The notes: generated from the sequence alone by a model not told the origin. 64,000 nucleotides of DNA from Nitrososphaerota archaeon (GCA_041641305.1 JBEPYN010000002.1:64001-128000); one strand, 5' to 3'; positions 17,772 through 29,661 are shown, counted from the first letter of the stretch. Made by a program: numbers and translations.

Positions 17772-20700
17772 ATGAGGTTGGATACTGCTTTCTGGGTGTC
17801 TAAGGCTAAGGAGCTTGGCTACCCTGTGCGGCAGGTGGAGCTCAGCATTGATTATCTCAGGGAGAGCGGAGTTTTCCCAAGGTCCCTTAATGTTGTCCAA
17901 TCTCTGCGTCTGTATCTCGATGATTACATAGAGTTTGTCATAATAAGCGTTGGTGATAAACTGTCTAGGGGGTTCTGCACTAGGGTGGCGCGAGGCTGGA
18001 AGGAAAAACGCCTCATCAGACCTCTCCTCATATTTACGGCTGGTGAAGATGAGAGCTTCATTGTTACCGTACCCGGCGCCGGCAGCGGGGGAGAGGCCAG
18101 GGTTCTGCATATTCAGGATGAACTCTACAGGACCGACATAGAGGTGATTGAGAGCCTCAGGTACACAGGTGACCCCGAGAGCCTTAGAAAAGCATATGAC
18201 AGTGAGATGCTGCCGTATGAAAAGGTTAGGAAAGAGTTCTTTGAAGGCTACAGAAACCTGTATGAGAGGATAGTTAATGCTGTGAAGGATGTTCTGCATG
18301 AAAATGCTGCTTCCTATGCTCAGCGTTTTCTCGGACGGCTGATGTTTCTCTATTTTCTGCAGAGGAAAGGCTGGCTTAAGGGGGATAGGAGTTTTATAAA
18401 CAAGATAAGGGATTACCTTGAGTTAAACCGTCTTTTCTACGAGAGCTTAAACAAGGGAGGCGGTGAGGAGGGTATTCCTTTCTTAAATGGGTCTTTGTTT
18501 GAGCGGGAGGAGTATCTTACGGAGAGGGTTGAGAAGAGGATAGCGGTTGAGATGAATTCGATATTCTATGATGCTAGAAATTTCTTCAACGGGTATAATT
18601 TCACAATCGACGAGGCTTCGCCGCTCGAGGTTGAGGTTAGTGTTGACCCGCTTTTGCTTGGAACCGTTTTAGAGAACATGCTGCCGGAGCATGAGCGTGG
18701 TAAGAAGGGCACCTTCTACACACATGTGAACGCGATAGGTTTCATGTGTAGGAGGGCGTTAGCGGCTTGGCTTGGGTTGGAGGAGACTGTGCAGCAGAGA
18801 GATGGTGAGCTGAGGTTTGTCGACGGTTTGGAGCTGTGTGTGGAGGAGTTGAAGAGGCGTAGGGATGAGAGGGAGATAAGAGAGTTTAGGGAGAGGCTGC
18901 TTTCTCTCAAAGTTCTCGACCCGGCGGTCGGCTCGGGCGGCTTCCTTGTTGTGATGATGCAGACGATTCTTCAGCTCATACAGGGGGTGGAGGAGGCGGT
19001 TGGCTGGAAGTCTGACATAGAGCAGTACAAACGCCGAATAATACCCAACCTCTACGGCTTCGACATAGAGCCGGAGGCGGTGGAGATTGCGCGGCTGAGA
19101 ATTTGGTTATCCCTGATCGTGGACCAGAAGAAGCCGGAGCCTCTTCCAAACCTAGACCTTAACATAGTTACTGTGCAGGATTCGTTGGAGCTTCCCAAAG
19201 GTGTTCAACGGGTTCTCGGCGAGTTCGCGGCTGAGATTGGGTATCTAAGCATAGTGGAGGACCTTGAAGCAGTTAAGGCTAGGTATCTTAACGAGCATGA
19301 CCCAGTAAAGAAGAACGCGCTGAGGAAGAGGATTGAGGAGCTTCAGAAAGAGTTTGTTAAACGCACCGGACTGACTGTTCGGGCGGGGCCTCCTGTCGAG
19401 TTCTTCATGCCAAGCCTAGCAGACATCATAGTGATGAACCCTCCATACGTTAGGCAGGAAGATATCTCCAAGCAGAAAAAAGAATATTATGTAAGCAGCT
19501 ACAGGCTGTACAAGACCTCTGACATCTATGCGTACTTCATGGTGAGAGCCCTGAGGCTTCTTAGGACTGGGGGTGCTGCTGCTTTGATTACATCTGATAA
19601 GTGGCTTGAGGTTAATTACGGCAGGGTGCTCCAACAGCTGCTGAAACCCCACATCGTCGCTATCTATGGCCAGAGAAGGAGGAGCTTCAAAGCCGACGTA
19701 AACACGGTGATAACAGTCCTTAAGAAGGATGAGCAACCAGCTGACAAGCCTATCCAGTTCATCTACTTAGAGTCTTACAGTGATGAGAAGGTTAGGAACT
19801 ACAATGCTATAGAGAGGGGAAGCTCCAGCCGGGGAAGTGGTATTATCTAAGAGTGCCTCGGATATTCGAGGACGTGCTGCTCCCAAGGCTGACGCATAAG
19901 CTCAGGGATTTCGCCGAAATAAAATTCGGAATTAAGACCGGTGCTAATGAGTTCTTCTATATGAAAGACATAAGCCACCTATACGAGGCAGACTACCTAG
20001 CTAACCCAAAGAAGTTCGAGGACTGGGGAGTAAAAGCGCGAAACCAAAAAGAGCTCGAAGAACAAGAACTGATATACATAGAAAACGAAGCAGGAGAAAG
20101 ATTCGTAATAGACAGAAAAGATGTGAAACCAGTCATAAGAAGCCCAAGAGAAATAAGGAGCTATATAATCACAGATGTGCAAACCCTATGCCTATACACA
20201 ACTAACCCCGGAAAATACACGAGAAAATACATAAGATGGGGAGAACAACAAGGTTACCATCAAAGACCAACCTGCAGGGCAAGAAATCCATGGTGGAAAC
20301 TACCAGAATTCAAACCAGCACATGTTCTACTACCAATGTCGTGGATGGATACAATCTACATACCTTATAGCGAAAAACCTGTGATATGTGATGCAAGACT
20401 TTATGCTTTGTACAGCAAAGATTCGTTAAACCTTTGGAAGTATCTCAATTCGACGTTGTTTTTATTGACTGTCGAGCTATTTTGTAGGAGACTTGGCGGA
20501 GGAGCAACAGATATAAAGGTGGAGGATTATGATGATATTCCTGTACCTAACCTTAGCAAATTAGAGATTGAGTTTTCAGCCGAAATCTTAGCTTCCAACA
20601 TTCCACTTCGATACACTGATGAAGTTAAACGTAAAGAAAGACGCGAACTCGATAAGGCCGTGCTCAGAGCCTTAGGCTTCCCCGAATCCGAGCTAGATAG

Positions 20701-20821
20701 GCTTGTCGATGAGCTTCACAAGGCTTTTGTATGGGTCGTTGAGGATCGCCTCATAAAGGCCGGCAGGCCTTTAACAAAAGATGAAGAGGAGGAGGTAATA
20801 GAGGTTGGCGAGGATAATTGA
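17772..20821 (+). CDS. Eco57I/type IIG-like N6-adenine DNA methyltransferase (DrmMI-like), frameshifted at ~19816
   Basis: RLMFLYFLQRKG, FLNGSLF, GTFYT, DPAVGSGGF, NPPY, FGIKTGANEFFY; ORFs 17772-19850 and 19853-20821 join if one G is added to the G4 at 19816-19819. Confidence 0.85.
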
Positions 20822-23800
20822 CAACGTTAGGAAGAGGTTGGCAGAAGTCCTCAACGAGGAGCTCAGGACCCTAGATGAGGTGGCCATAGCCTCGGCTTAC
20901 TTCAACGTAATGGGCTATGGCACCATAGCCGATGCGCTTGGCGACAAGCCGCTGAGACTACTCCTAGGCCGCGAGCCAACCGAGACCATCAAGTGGGAGG
21001 ACGAAATACTCAGAGAAATCGAGGAATACGAGGACGACGCCGAATACTTCAGACTCCTCCTCCGGTGCATAGAGTATTTCAGAGACGAGAAGCGCCAAGT
21101 AAGAACCATCGAGGGCAGGTTCTTCCACGGCAAGGCCTTCATAGCCGCCACCCCAAGCCTAAACGAGGTAAAACACGGCATCGGGATAGTCGGGAGCAGC
21201 AACTTCACCTACGGTGGCCTCGTCTCGAACAGGGAACTAAACATGCTCAACACGGACAGAGAAGTAGTCCAAGAGCTAAGCGAGTGGTTCAACGACCAGT
21301 GGCTCGCCTCGACAGACTTCAAGGACAAATTCCTCTCAATGCTGAGCAACTACGTAACCACCTGGAGCCCATACGAAGTAGTAGCCAAAGCCCTCTACGA
21401 GACCTATAAAGGACACATCATCGAGAGGGAAGAAAGACTACTCAAGAACCTATACCCGCACCAGCAGCTAACCTACATAGACGCGAAGGAGAAACTCGAT
21501 AAATATGGCGGCGTAGTGATAGCGGACTCTACGGGCCTAGGTAAATCGAGGGTAGCGTTAGCCCTAGCCCACGAGGCGATAAGAGAGGGAATACGCCCCC
21601 TCCTCATAGCGCCAAAATCGATACTGGAAACAACATGGAAGCGCGAAATGAACGAAACCCTCATAAGAATTGACACACTTTCCACAGAAATGCTTTCACA
21701 AAACCCCGACATAATAGATGACTATGCCGGAGAAAACGGCCCACATCTAATCATAGTCGACGAGGCCCACTACTTCAGAAGAAGCTCAACTAATAGATAC
21801 ATAGCGCTAAGAGAACTGGTGACAAGGAACCAGGCGGATATAGTGCTGATAACCGCGACCCCTGTCAACACGAGCCTCATGGACCTCTACTCCCTCCTAA
21901 GTTTATACCTACCAGACAACTGCCTAGCAGACCTAGGCCATGCATCGCTATATGCATACTTCGTGACCCAGCAGAAAAGCTGGCTAGCTGGAGAGCCAAT
22001 AAACATGGACGACATACTCCGCAGATTCATAGTGAGACACTCTAGAGAGCTAGCAAAAGCCCTGGATAGAGAAGGTAGGATAAAATTCCCCAAAAGAGCC
22101 TTCGACGAAAAGATAGTGAGATACTCCATAACCATAAGCCTTGATGAAATCTACAAAAAACTAGAAAATCTGAGTCTAGCATTCTACGACCTCTCGGTCG
22201 AGAGGCTATCGGCACAATTCAGGCTACCCGACGGGACAAGAATCGAAAAGAAAGAACCAACACAGATAGAGAACCTGAAAACACTAGTGAAAACCATATT
22301 CATAATAAACCTCTTTAAGAGACTCGAGAGCAGCTACGCGGCATTTGGAGAGACGTTGAGAAGGATGTTAAGCTATATAAGAGCAGCGAAGCATTACGCT
22401 AAGCAGCACTCAGTATTCATACCGCCCAAAATGAGAGGAGACATACTTAACCTGTTCCCGGATGTGGAAGAGATTGAGGATGAGATACCGTTGGAGGCGC
22501 TGCCGGCTCCCGAGCAGCTCTTCTCAAAACCAAAATACAAAGACCTATACGATGGATGCAGGTTAAGCAGAAAGGAAGCCGAGGAATTCGTAGCCAGTTG
22601 CTCCAAAGACGAAGAAGCCATAGAATCGCTTCTGCGCATGATACCCGACCACGATGAGAAATACTTCCTACTAGAGGAGAGGCTCCAACAGATTATGAAG
22701 CAAATAAAGGAGCCGAACGGTGTAATAGTCTTCACACAATACGCAGACACAGCGTATTATCTCTACAGGAGGCTTAAAGCCTCCTTCAGCCGGGTGATGC
22801 TAGTGACCGGGGCAGGCGGCTATGATGACAAGGGCGAAAAAGCCTTAGAGGACCAGATTGTAAAACGATTCCAGGACGTGGGCGGGTTACTCATAAGCAC
22901 AGACGTTCTAAGCGCTGGACAGAACCTACAAAACGCCCAATACGTAGCCAACTACGACTTCCCATGGAACCCGGTCGTACTAATCCAGCGGGTAGGCCGG
23001 ATAGATAGAATAGGCTCAAACTACGACACAGTTTATCTAATCAACGTCTTGCCCAAGAACGGAGACCCTGATGACCCAGAAAGCCTAGAACACTTTCTAG
23101 GGCTAATGCAGAGACTATACCAGCGCCTAGAGATGATAAGAGAAACAGTTGGATTGGATGCGTCGACTCTGGGTGAGGAGGCTGCGCCGAGAGACTTCTC
23201 GATACAGGTCATGATAGCGAGAAACGACGCAAGAGTGCTAGAGATACTTGAACAGAAGATAGAACAGTTCACTAAAGACCCAATAGACATTCTAGCAAGA
23301 ATACTCAACGAGAAGGGTTTACAGTGGGTCGAGAGAATCCCCAATGGCATAGGGGCGATAAAGAGGAGCTCCTTCAACGGAATTTTCGCGCTTTTAACCG
23401 ATGGGAGCGATTTTTATTGGCGCCTCCACATCCTAGACAAGGATAAAGAGAGGGTAATCATCTCCCCAACCGAAATAGTAGACCTTCTGCTAGAGGGCGA
23501 GAGCGATAACAGAGGGGAGAAGCTTGAGTATGATAAGCTAATACCTCTCTTGGTCATGGTTAAGGTATCACTCAAGAATGAGCTCGAAGAAATCATGAGG
23601 AGAGAAACCACGGCAATGGGACCCGTAAGAGTAGATAAAAGAATACGCATTATATTCGATGCGCTCAGCCAGTTCGGCGACGAAGGTGAGAGGCTAGCCG
23701 CCATGTTCCGCAGAGTAGCTTCAAGACCGGCGATAGTTAACCATCTCTACAGAGCATATCTGGAGGGGAAGCTTCTAGAAGAGGCGAGAGAAATACTGCC

Positions 23801-23885
23801 CAAAGCGGTGCAGGAGATAGAAACAGCCAACCCTGAGACAAAGGAGCTAAGACGCGTCTGCTGGTGCTACTTCACAAAAATCTGA
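20805..23885 (+). CDS. PLD-nuclease + SNF2-like helicase (DrmD-like)
   Basis: FHGKAF...GSSNFT; ADSTGLGKS, DEAH, TATP, GQNLQ, PWNP..QRVGRIDR. Confidence 0.9.
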   Translation: MARIIDNVRKRLAEVLNEELRTLDEVAIASAYFNVMGYGTIADALGDKPLRLLLGREPTETIKWEDEILREIEEYEDDAEYFRLLLRCIEYFRDEKRQVRTIEGRFFHGKAFIAATPSLNEVKHGIGIVGSSNFTYGGLVSNRELNMLNTDREVVQELSEWFNDQWLASTDFKDKFLSMLSNYVTTWSPYEVVAKALYETYKGHIIEREERLLKNLYPHQQLTYIDAKEKLDKYGGVVIADSTGLGKSRVALALAHEAIREGIRPLLIAPKSILETTWKREMNETLIRIDTLSTEMLSQNPDIIDDYAGENGPHLIIVDEAHYFRRSSTNRYIALRELVTRNQADIVLITATPVNTSLMDLYSLLSLYLPDNCLADLGHASLYAYFVTQQKSWLAGEPINMDDILRRFIVRHSRELAKALDREGRIKFPKRAFDEKIVRYSITISLDEIYKKLENLSLAFYDLSVERLSAQFRLPDGTRIEKKEPTQIENLKTLVKTIFIINLFKRLESSYAAFGETLRRMLSYIRAAKHYAKQHSVFIPPKMRGDILNLFPDVEEIEDEIPLEALPAPEQLFSKPKYKDLYDGCRLSRKEAEEFVASCSKDEEAIESLLRMIPDHDEKYFLLEERLQQIMKQIKEPNGVIVFTQYADTAYYLYRRLKASFSRVMLVTGAGGYDDKGEKALEDQIVKRFQDVGGLLISTDVLSAGQNLQNAQYVANYDFPWNPVVLIQRVGRIDRIGSNYDTVYLINVLPKNGDPDDPESLEHFLGLMQRLYQRLEMIRETVGLDASTLGEEAAPRDFSIQVMIARNDARVLEILEQKIEQFTKDPIDILARILNEKGLQWVERIPNGIGAIKRSSFNGIFALLTDGSDFYWRLHILDKDKERVIISPTEIVDLLLEGESDNRGEKLEYDKLIPLLVMVKVSLKNELEEIMRRETTAMGPVRVDKRIRIIFDALSQFGDEGERLAAMFRRVASRPAIVNHLYRAYLEGKLLEEAREILPKAVQEIETANPETKELRRVCWCYFTKI

Positions 23886-24602
23886 ACACACCTCCCAAAA
23901 CCCTCTCCAAATCCTCCTAGGCTTTTCCGAAGACGGCCAATCATTATGAACACCGGCCTTCGACGGCCAGATAGTGCAACACAGACTCCAACAGTTCCAG
24001 GATTCGCCCCAGGAGGAAAGTCCGTAGTCGGGTCATCAGCTAGAGCCAGACACCCTTCGCCGTGACGCATCTAAGAACAACTACGTTTTTCTCATCCACG
24101 GAAATGTTTTGACCAGAGGCAGGAGCCCGCTGAGGGGCCGAAACTACGTAGAACATCTCCTCACCAATTTCAGCCTCGTCTCCAACCCTGAACCTGTGAA
24201 GCCATTTCTTCAGAAGCTTAAGTGTCGGAGCATGCCTGACGTAGACAACAACCTCATCATACTTCCTAGAATCAGCCGAAAGCTCGTCAGGAGAAGAAAA
24301 GCTAACCTGTATACAGAAGCTTGGAAACAGGCTTGAGAACGCGGATGGCGGCAGAGACGGCTACACCTTGAGAACGCGTTTCTTGCCACTCACACCATTC
24401 AGGTCTCATCTGTTGCATAAAAGCGGTGTAGGCCAGAGCAGCTAAATCGCGCATAACCTTAGTGCAGAGGGTTCTTGAGAAAGCCGATGGAGTTGGATAG
24501 GGTGGAACCATCCAAACGTCCTTCGCCACCACTTTTTGCACAGAACTCAGATATGTAGTCGAAAACTAGGGGTCCGAGAACGGGTCGAATAGTTATGGCG
24601 GC

Positions 24603-25332
24603 TTAGATGAAGGCTTTAGTTGAATTATTCCATATCAGGTCAAAGATGGAGTCAAGATTTCCGACTCCATCTTTCCTAAAAAGTAATCCGACCTCGAAGT
24701 TACTCATTAGGGAGTGTCGTCTGAACTCCCACGACCCAATGTAGGCTAGGTCACTGTCCGCTATGACCATCTTTGCGTGGAGGCCTGCAATGAGAAGACC
24801 CCCGACGCTTTGAGCAAAAACCCTGCATTGGAACTCTCTTCCAAACCTGTTCTCTTGTACGCCTCCCATATCTCGCTAAGCACTGGTTTCAGCGAATGAA
24901 ACCTCTCAGACCGCGTCAAGAAGCGCACCTCTACGCTGCTTGCAGCTAGCCCTCTAAAATGCGGGACCAGCATGGATAGGGTCGGCTGGTCATCTAAATG
25001 CGAGCATATGCGCAGTACATGCCTAGCCTGCTTCACTATTGCGAGGAAGGCGCTGAGCATATCGAAGCATCTTTGGCTTGGGACCTGCCCTAGACCTAAT
25101 CCTGGAATGTTTGCCACAATCTCTACCTCTGGCTGCTCAGCAACTCTGCGAAGCTCCTCGGGCGCGTGCTTTGGAGGTTTTAGGATGAGCTTCCCCCGGA
25201 AAGCTCAGCATCAAGGTATCCCATCTTCACTAGCGCAATAGCGCGAAGCTGAGTGATTCCCCTCTCTTCTTCGGACACGCAGCTGAGCAGGTCTTCAAGC
25301 TGTAGAGAACCTCTAGAAACAACTAGGTTCAC
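24603..25332 (-). pseudogene. drmC: Phospholipase D-family nuclease (DrmC-like), multiply frameshifted
   Basis: LHAKMVIADSDLAYIGS...NFEVG HKD motif; pieces in several frames starting at the drmB stop. Confidence 0.75.
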
Positions 25333-26747
25333 TATGTCTTTATCCCCAATTGCCTGAGCACCAACTTCCTGTCAAGCTTATCGTTCGGCACGAAGTACCC
25401 GCTAGTGGGGTGGCATAGTGGGTCTTTCACGTATAAGCAGCCCACGCAAGCGTTTCTACAGTCATATTTGCACGACATGAGCATCCGCTGGGCCTCTACA
25501 AAGACCTCGGTTAGCTTGTGGTCGAACGCATATGATAAACTCCCCTTATCATCTTCGGAGCATTCGTAGATGAGAATAACATTAAGGTCGTCCAAGACCT
25601 TGCCTATGAACGACCCGGACTCCACCCCGGCGAGAAGGTGAAACGATTTGGTTAAAGCGTGCTCAAGTGTATGAAGGAACGTAAACTTATCTTCGTCGTT
25701 GACAAGAAAACCGCGCACCCTAAGCAGCACGGCTTCCCCCTCAGCAATGGCCACGTATGCCTTGTAGTGTTTCCTAAAGTTCACGTCCCGCTCCTCCCAG
25801 GGTTGTATAACAGCGTCTTTCTTGGCGTAGTATCCATAGCAGACTATGGCGGCTTTGACATTCCCGAGCAAGTAAATGTTGTCCGGGTCTATGCCCAATA
25901 CGCGTATAGACTCGGCATCTTGACTCTTGAGGACGTCGGTACCTCGCCGGATAGCCTTCCGCCTCCCGTCCAAAATGTCTCTAGCCACATCTTCAACATT
26001 TAGGCCTTCTATGCTAACAGCGCTTACGATAGCTGGCTTAAGCGGGTTTACGGCGACAGTTTTGATGGACATCTGTTGCATTTTTTGGTTGTCTGCAACA
26101 CCTGTTCGCCCTCCTGTCTGGCACCCGCAACCCATATGAGGCCTCTCTTGCTCCCCGCATTTTTTGCAGAACCACCTTGACTCGGATATCTTCGCCCGCC
26201 TAACCTCAAGCCCTATCCTCCCAACCCCGCACTTTTTACAAGTGAAGGTCCCATCTGGGTTACTCTTGGCAAACTTGAACGGGGGTCTCAAAGCCTGTAT
26301 CTTGCTACACGATAAGCAAACGTGGACGATGCCAAGCTGGTCGAACTTATCTCCACCACATTCCCTGCACTTTGCGAGAGGCAAGGAACGTCTATCCAGC
26401 AAGTGATAGGCCCTGCAATTCTTATTGAGACACACGAGGCTAAGAGGCCAGAGCTCCAGCAGGCCACTTTCAGGCTGGTAAAGGCGGACCCTTTCCGACA
26501 CCACGCGGCTGGCGTAAGGAATACCTAGCTTTTTTGAGATGCTTGCTAGCGCCTCTTCCTCCGCCTCCGATGGTTGGCGATACTTCAATAAGGCTTGGCT
26601 GATGGCCTTTGCTACCACCGCCCTCAAGTTATCATCATCCACTTGGTTGCCGTATAATTCTGAAACCTTCCAGCAGTAGCCCGAGTACTGTAGAGGGGCT
26701 CCGGGGAACCGACTCTGAATGGCTTGGATTGGGGTCACCTGCACCAC
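25332..26747 (-). CDS. drmB: DUF1998/MZB-domain protein (DrmB-like)
   Basis: Q..SRFPG, several CxxC ribbons, HTLEHAL, ILIYE, CKYDCRNACVGCL...CHP...NDKLDR. Confidence 0.8.
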   Translation of the reverse strand: MVQVTPIQAIQSRFPGAPLQYSGYCWKVSELYGNQVDDDNLRAVVAKAISQALLKYRQPSEAEEEALASISKKLGIPYASRVVSERVRLYQPESGLLELWPLSLVCLNKNCRAYHLLDRRSLPLAKCRECGGDKFDQLGIVHVCLSCSKIQALRPPFKFAKSNPDGTFTCKKCGVGRIGLEVRRAKISESRWFCKKCGEQERPHMGCGCQTGGRTGVADNQKMQQMSIKTVAVNPLKPAIVSAVSIEGLNVEDVARDILDGRRKAIRRGTDVLKSQDAESIRVLGIDPDNIYLLGNVKAAIVCYGYYAKKDAVIQPWEERDVNFRKHYKAYVAIAEGEAVLLRVRGFLVNDEDKFTFLHTLEHALTKSFHLLAGVESGSFIGKVLDDLNVILIYECSEDDKGSLSYAFDHKLTEVFVEAQRMLMSCKYDCRNACVGCLYVKDPLCHPTSGYFVPNDKLDRKLVLRQLGIKT

Positions 26748-26761
26748 TATCTGTTTATGAC

Positions 26762-29566
26762 TCAGCCACCATCACCCCCAATATCCTCATCTTCGCCTAA
26801 CTCAGCGCCCAACCTTAGCATGCGCAGCAACTCCAATCCCGATGTTGGTTGGAGTCGCACCAACCTCCCGCCACCGCGTAGAGATGGCCACCCCTCGCTA
26901 AAAAACACGTCGAAGCCGCCGCTTTGAGCTCGCGCAACCCTATCTCCAACGTCATATAAGAAGTCGCTGATTATCACTCTAATCGATTTCTCTAGTCCGG
27001 CATCCATGCGACACTCTTCTGTCAAGTAGATGCCGCGCAATTCGTCGGTTAGCTCTCCGAGCTTTGCCATGAGGGTTTGATGCAAGGCTCGCCTTGCTTG
27101 TCTCCAGCCTCCTGCTTGGTAACCATAAGTGAGGTACCGCGACCTTGCCAACGCGTTGAAAACGAGCGGCAACGTCGCCTCTATTGCTGCAGTATTGCAA
27201 GGTTCGACCACTTCGGGCTCAAAGGCTGGGTCGGTGAACCAAGTCACGAAGTTTTCGTAGATCCAGCTATCCCTGGGCATCTCGGGAACGAGGTGTAGAA
27301 CCACCAGCGCGGGGGCTTCCTGAGCTATGGCTAGGCGCCCTACTCTGCCTATTACTTGGAAGAATTCGTTGCTGCTTGTGGGGGCCCCCCATATATGTGC
27401 TACGTTAAGCCACGGCAGGTGAACCCCCCACCCGAGAGTCTTGGTGGCGATGAGCAGCCCTAACACGATTTGCTGAGCCAGCCTCTTCATCTCAGCTAGT
27501 GCATCTGGACTCAAGTCGCCGTGGAAAAATAGTAATTCATTCTCCGGCAGGTTGATGTCTATGCCCGGCTCCGATGCGAGCTTAGGGACATACTCTAGGA
27601 GGTTATGCCCGTCGGTTTTACGTTGCACGTAGAGCAGTTGCTTACCATACATGGACTTATACTCACCTCCTTGTTTTTTCACATAGCTGTACAGCGCTAA
27701 GGAGCTCCAGCTAACGCTTCCTAGTGTCGAGACATCCCATGGATATATGGCAACCACCCTCTGCCAGAGGTTGGGGGACTGGGAGAAGTAGCGCCTTCCA
27801 TCCAGAACCTCCACTGCTTCCCTACCTGCCCCAATTAGCTTGCATGCGAACTCCTCAGGATTAGCCGCAGTCGCGCAAGCCAGGTAAAACAGCGTCCCGC
27901 CCTCAAGGCCGTAAAAGCTCCTTAAGGACTTCAATAGCCTAATGAAGTGGGATAGCCTGTTAGCCGGCGCGCCAGAAAATAATGTGAACTCATCTATGAA
28001 CACTAGGCGTATGTCTGACTTTAGCTGTGTTGCGTGGGTTATCGGTTGTTTGCAATTTGGGCACGAGACGGCGCCTCCTGAGGCAGGGGATACGCGACCG
28101 CAACTGCTACACCTCAGGAACCTAGCCCCTATTAGGGCATGGGAGTTCTCATTGCGGGGGAGCTCATAAATTAGCTTGTCAGGGGTTGCAACGATTATGT
28201 CAGGGCAGAAATTCTCGGTGTCCCTGCTATCCAAGAACACATAGTCTAGGACAGCGCCACACTTCTTGCACTTGGGTACGCGAACCCCGGATAGCTCGAC
28301 CGCGTCGAAGGATTCGTTCTCGCCGCAATTTGGGCACTCCGTTATGAGTTGTTGGGGATAGTAGTTGGCAACTTGGTCTTCCGATTTTTCAATATATCCC
28401 TTTCCTATGTAAAGGCCCAGCCTAATCTTGCCCCCTTCCCTGAGCTGGTTAAGGTCGAATAGATACTTAGAAATCGCAGTAACTTGCTGAATGGTCAATA
28501 TGCGGGTTGGGAAGAGGAGTAAGACCTTTACCCCATCGCCAGGCGCTAAGGCCGCGGTTGCTACGGCCATAGCGGCGGCCGTTAGCGTCTTGCCTGCTGC
28601 TGTCGGAACAGCGCTGACAAGCACCTTTGTCGCCCGATTGTCTTCAAACAAGAATTGCACCAGCCTGCGCAGGGAGTCCAGCTGGTGCTTATGCAGGGCT
28701 TTGATATTCTCCCTCCTCTTTATAATCTCGGTGACTTTCTTGAGCTCCTCATACCTGCTATACAGCTCCTCCTCCTCGCTTGTGTCTGCAGGGTGGGGGG
28801 AGAAAGAGTATCTATCAAGCACTATGACCGGCGCAGCGAATACTACGTTTTTTTCTCTGCGGCTAACCCGCGTGAAGCAGTTTAGGTTGTAAAGCTTTGA
28901 CCTTGCATGTGGTGGGTTATCTTGCGTGACGACCTCGTCTATCTCGCCATCGATTATAGCTTGTACGAGCGGCGAATAGAGGGCGTGGCAGGACCTGTAT
29001 TCCACCTCCCGTCTTGCTTTATATATGCTGCTCACATCTGTGGTGTTCATGAGTTTAGCGGTGACTATGTAACCATCATCTTCGGCGATTTCAATCCTGA
29101 CGTGAAGGGCCGCTTTAAGTCGCACCTTTTCGTTAGCCGGTAACTCTGCTTGGTATTCTTTGCTGATTGGCAAATCCTTTACGCTCAATGTGGCCTCTAT
29201 GGCCCCCATCCGCAAAGACGATATTGTGGGGGCCTTCAAGTTCTCGAAAGTGGGGTAAAGGAACAAAGCCTTTACAGTCACTGCTCTAAGCCTACCCCTA
29301 ACTTTGAATTGGGATTGAACAAACCACGGCTTTGCGGATGGTCTCAAGGAGTCGTCGGAAATCAGCTGCTGAGAGACTTCCTTGGGGTAAAGCCTGCCTG
29401 TCAGGGCGGCGTCCCTCTGTGGGTTGAGCTGGTTGAATAGGGCGGAGGTAACGGACTCCAATGATAGCTTGCCAATCGGTTTGTCGAACATAGGGTCCTC
29501 CAAAGACATTTCAAGTATTTCCCGAGCCAAATCAGCAACATATTCAGAGCCAGGTATGCGGGACAT
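26762..29566 (-). CDS. drmA: SF2 helicase (DrmA-like)
   Basis: PTAAGKT, PTRILTIQQ, TPDK, DEF, CAT, ATKTLGWGV, QVIGRVGR, PRD..YE; upstream of DUF1998 and PLD genes; start moved to ATG 29566. Confidence 0.8.
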   Translation of the reverse strand: MSRIPGSEYVADLAREILEMSLEDPMFDKPIGKLSLESVTSALFNQLNPQRDAALTGRLYPKEVSQQLISDDSLRPSAKPWFVQSQFKVRGRLRAVTVKALFLYPTFENLKAPTISSLRMGAIEATLSVKDLPISKEYQAELPANEKVRLKAALHVRIEIAEDDGYIVTAKLMNTTDVSSIYKARREVEYRSCHALYSPLVQAIIDGEIDEVVTQDNPPHARSKLYNLNCFTRVSRREKNVVFAAPVIVLDRYSFSPHPADTSEEEELYSRYEELKKVTEIIKRRENIKALHKHQLDSLRRLVQFLFEDNRATKVLVSAVPTAAGKTLTAAAMAVATAALAPGDGVKVLLLFPTRILTIQQVTAISKYLFDLNQLREGGKIRLGLYIGKGYIEKSEDQVANYYPQQLITECPNCGENESFDAVELSGVRVPKCKKCGAVLDYVFLDSRDTENFCPDIIVATPDKLIYELPRNENSHALIGARFLRCSSCGRVSPASGGAVSCPNCKQPITHATQLKSDIRLVFIDEFTLFSGAPANRLSHFIRLLKSLRSFYGLEGGTLFYLACATAANPEEFACKLIGAGREAVEVLDGRRYFSQSPNLWQRVVAIYPWDVSTLGSVSWSSLALYSYVKKQGGEYKSMYGKQLLYVQRKTDGHNLLEYVPKLASEPGIDINLPENELLFFHGDLSPDALAEMKRLAQQIVLGLLIATKTLGWGVHLPWLNVAHIWGAPTSSNEFFQVIGRVGRLAIAQEAPALVVLHLVPEMPRDSWIYENFVTWFTDPAFEPEVVEPCNTAAIEATLPLVFNALARSRYLTYGYQAGGWRQARRALHQTLMAKLGELTDELRGIYLTEECRMDAGLEKSIRVIISDFLYDVGDRVARAQSGGFDVFFSEGWPSLRGGGRLVRLQPTSGLELLRMLRLGAELGEDEDIGGDGG

Positions 29567-29602
29567 TTCTGAACTGAGGTAGCTCTTCGACGAAGATAAG
29601 CG

Positions 29603-29618
29603 TTCCGACGAGTCGGAA
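29603..29618. promoter_or_regulatory. Palindrome TTCCGAC-GA-GTCGGAA in divergent drmA/wHTH promoter
   Basis: 7-2-7 perfect inverted repeat. Confidence 0.5.
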
Positions 29619-29661
29619 GGCTGTTTTCCAACGCTCCGAAGCCTTAGCAAAGCGCTTATAT

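Noticed and set aside
16921-23940. Similar short sequences at 16921-16945 and 23917-23938 (both read RLRKSL on the minus strand) flanking the MTase-helicase pair
   Set aside because: Only ~20 bp with several mismatches; cannot be told from chance.
24005-24365. GGAGGAAAGTCCG resembles the RNase P RNA CR-I motif, with a possible P4 partner ACGGCT ~345 nt downstream
   Set aside because: No convincing P1/P2/P3 helices or CR-V consensus; not GC-rich enough for a thermophile structural RNA. An Infernal search would settle it.
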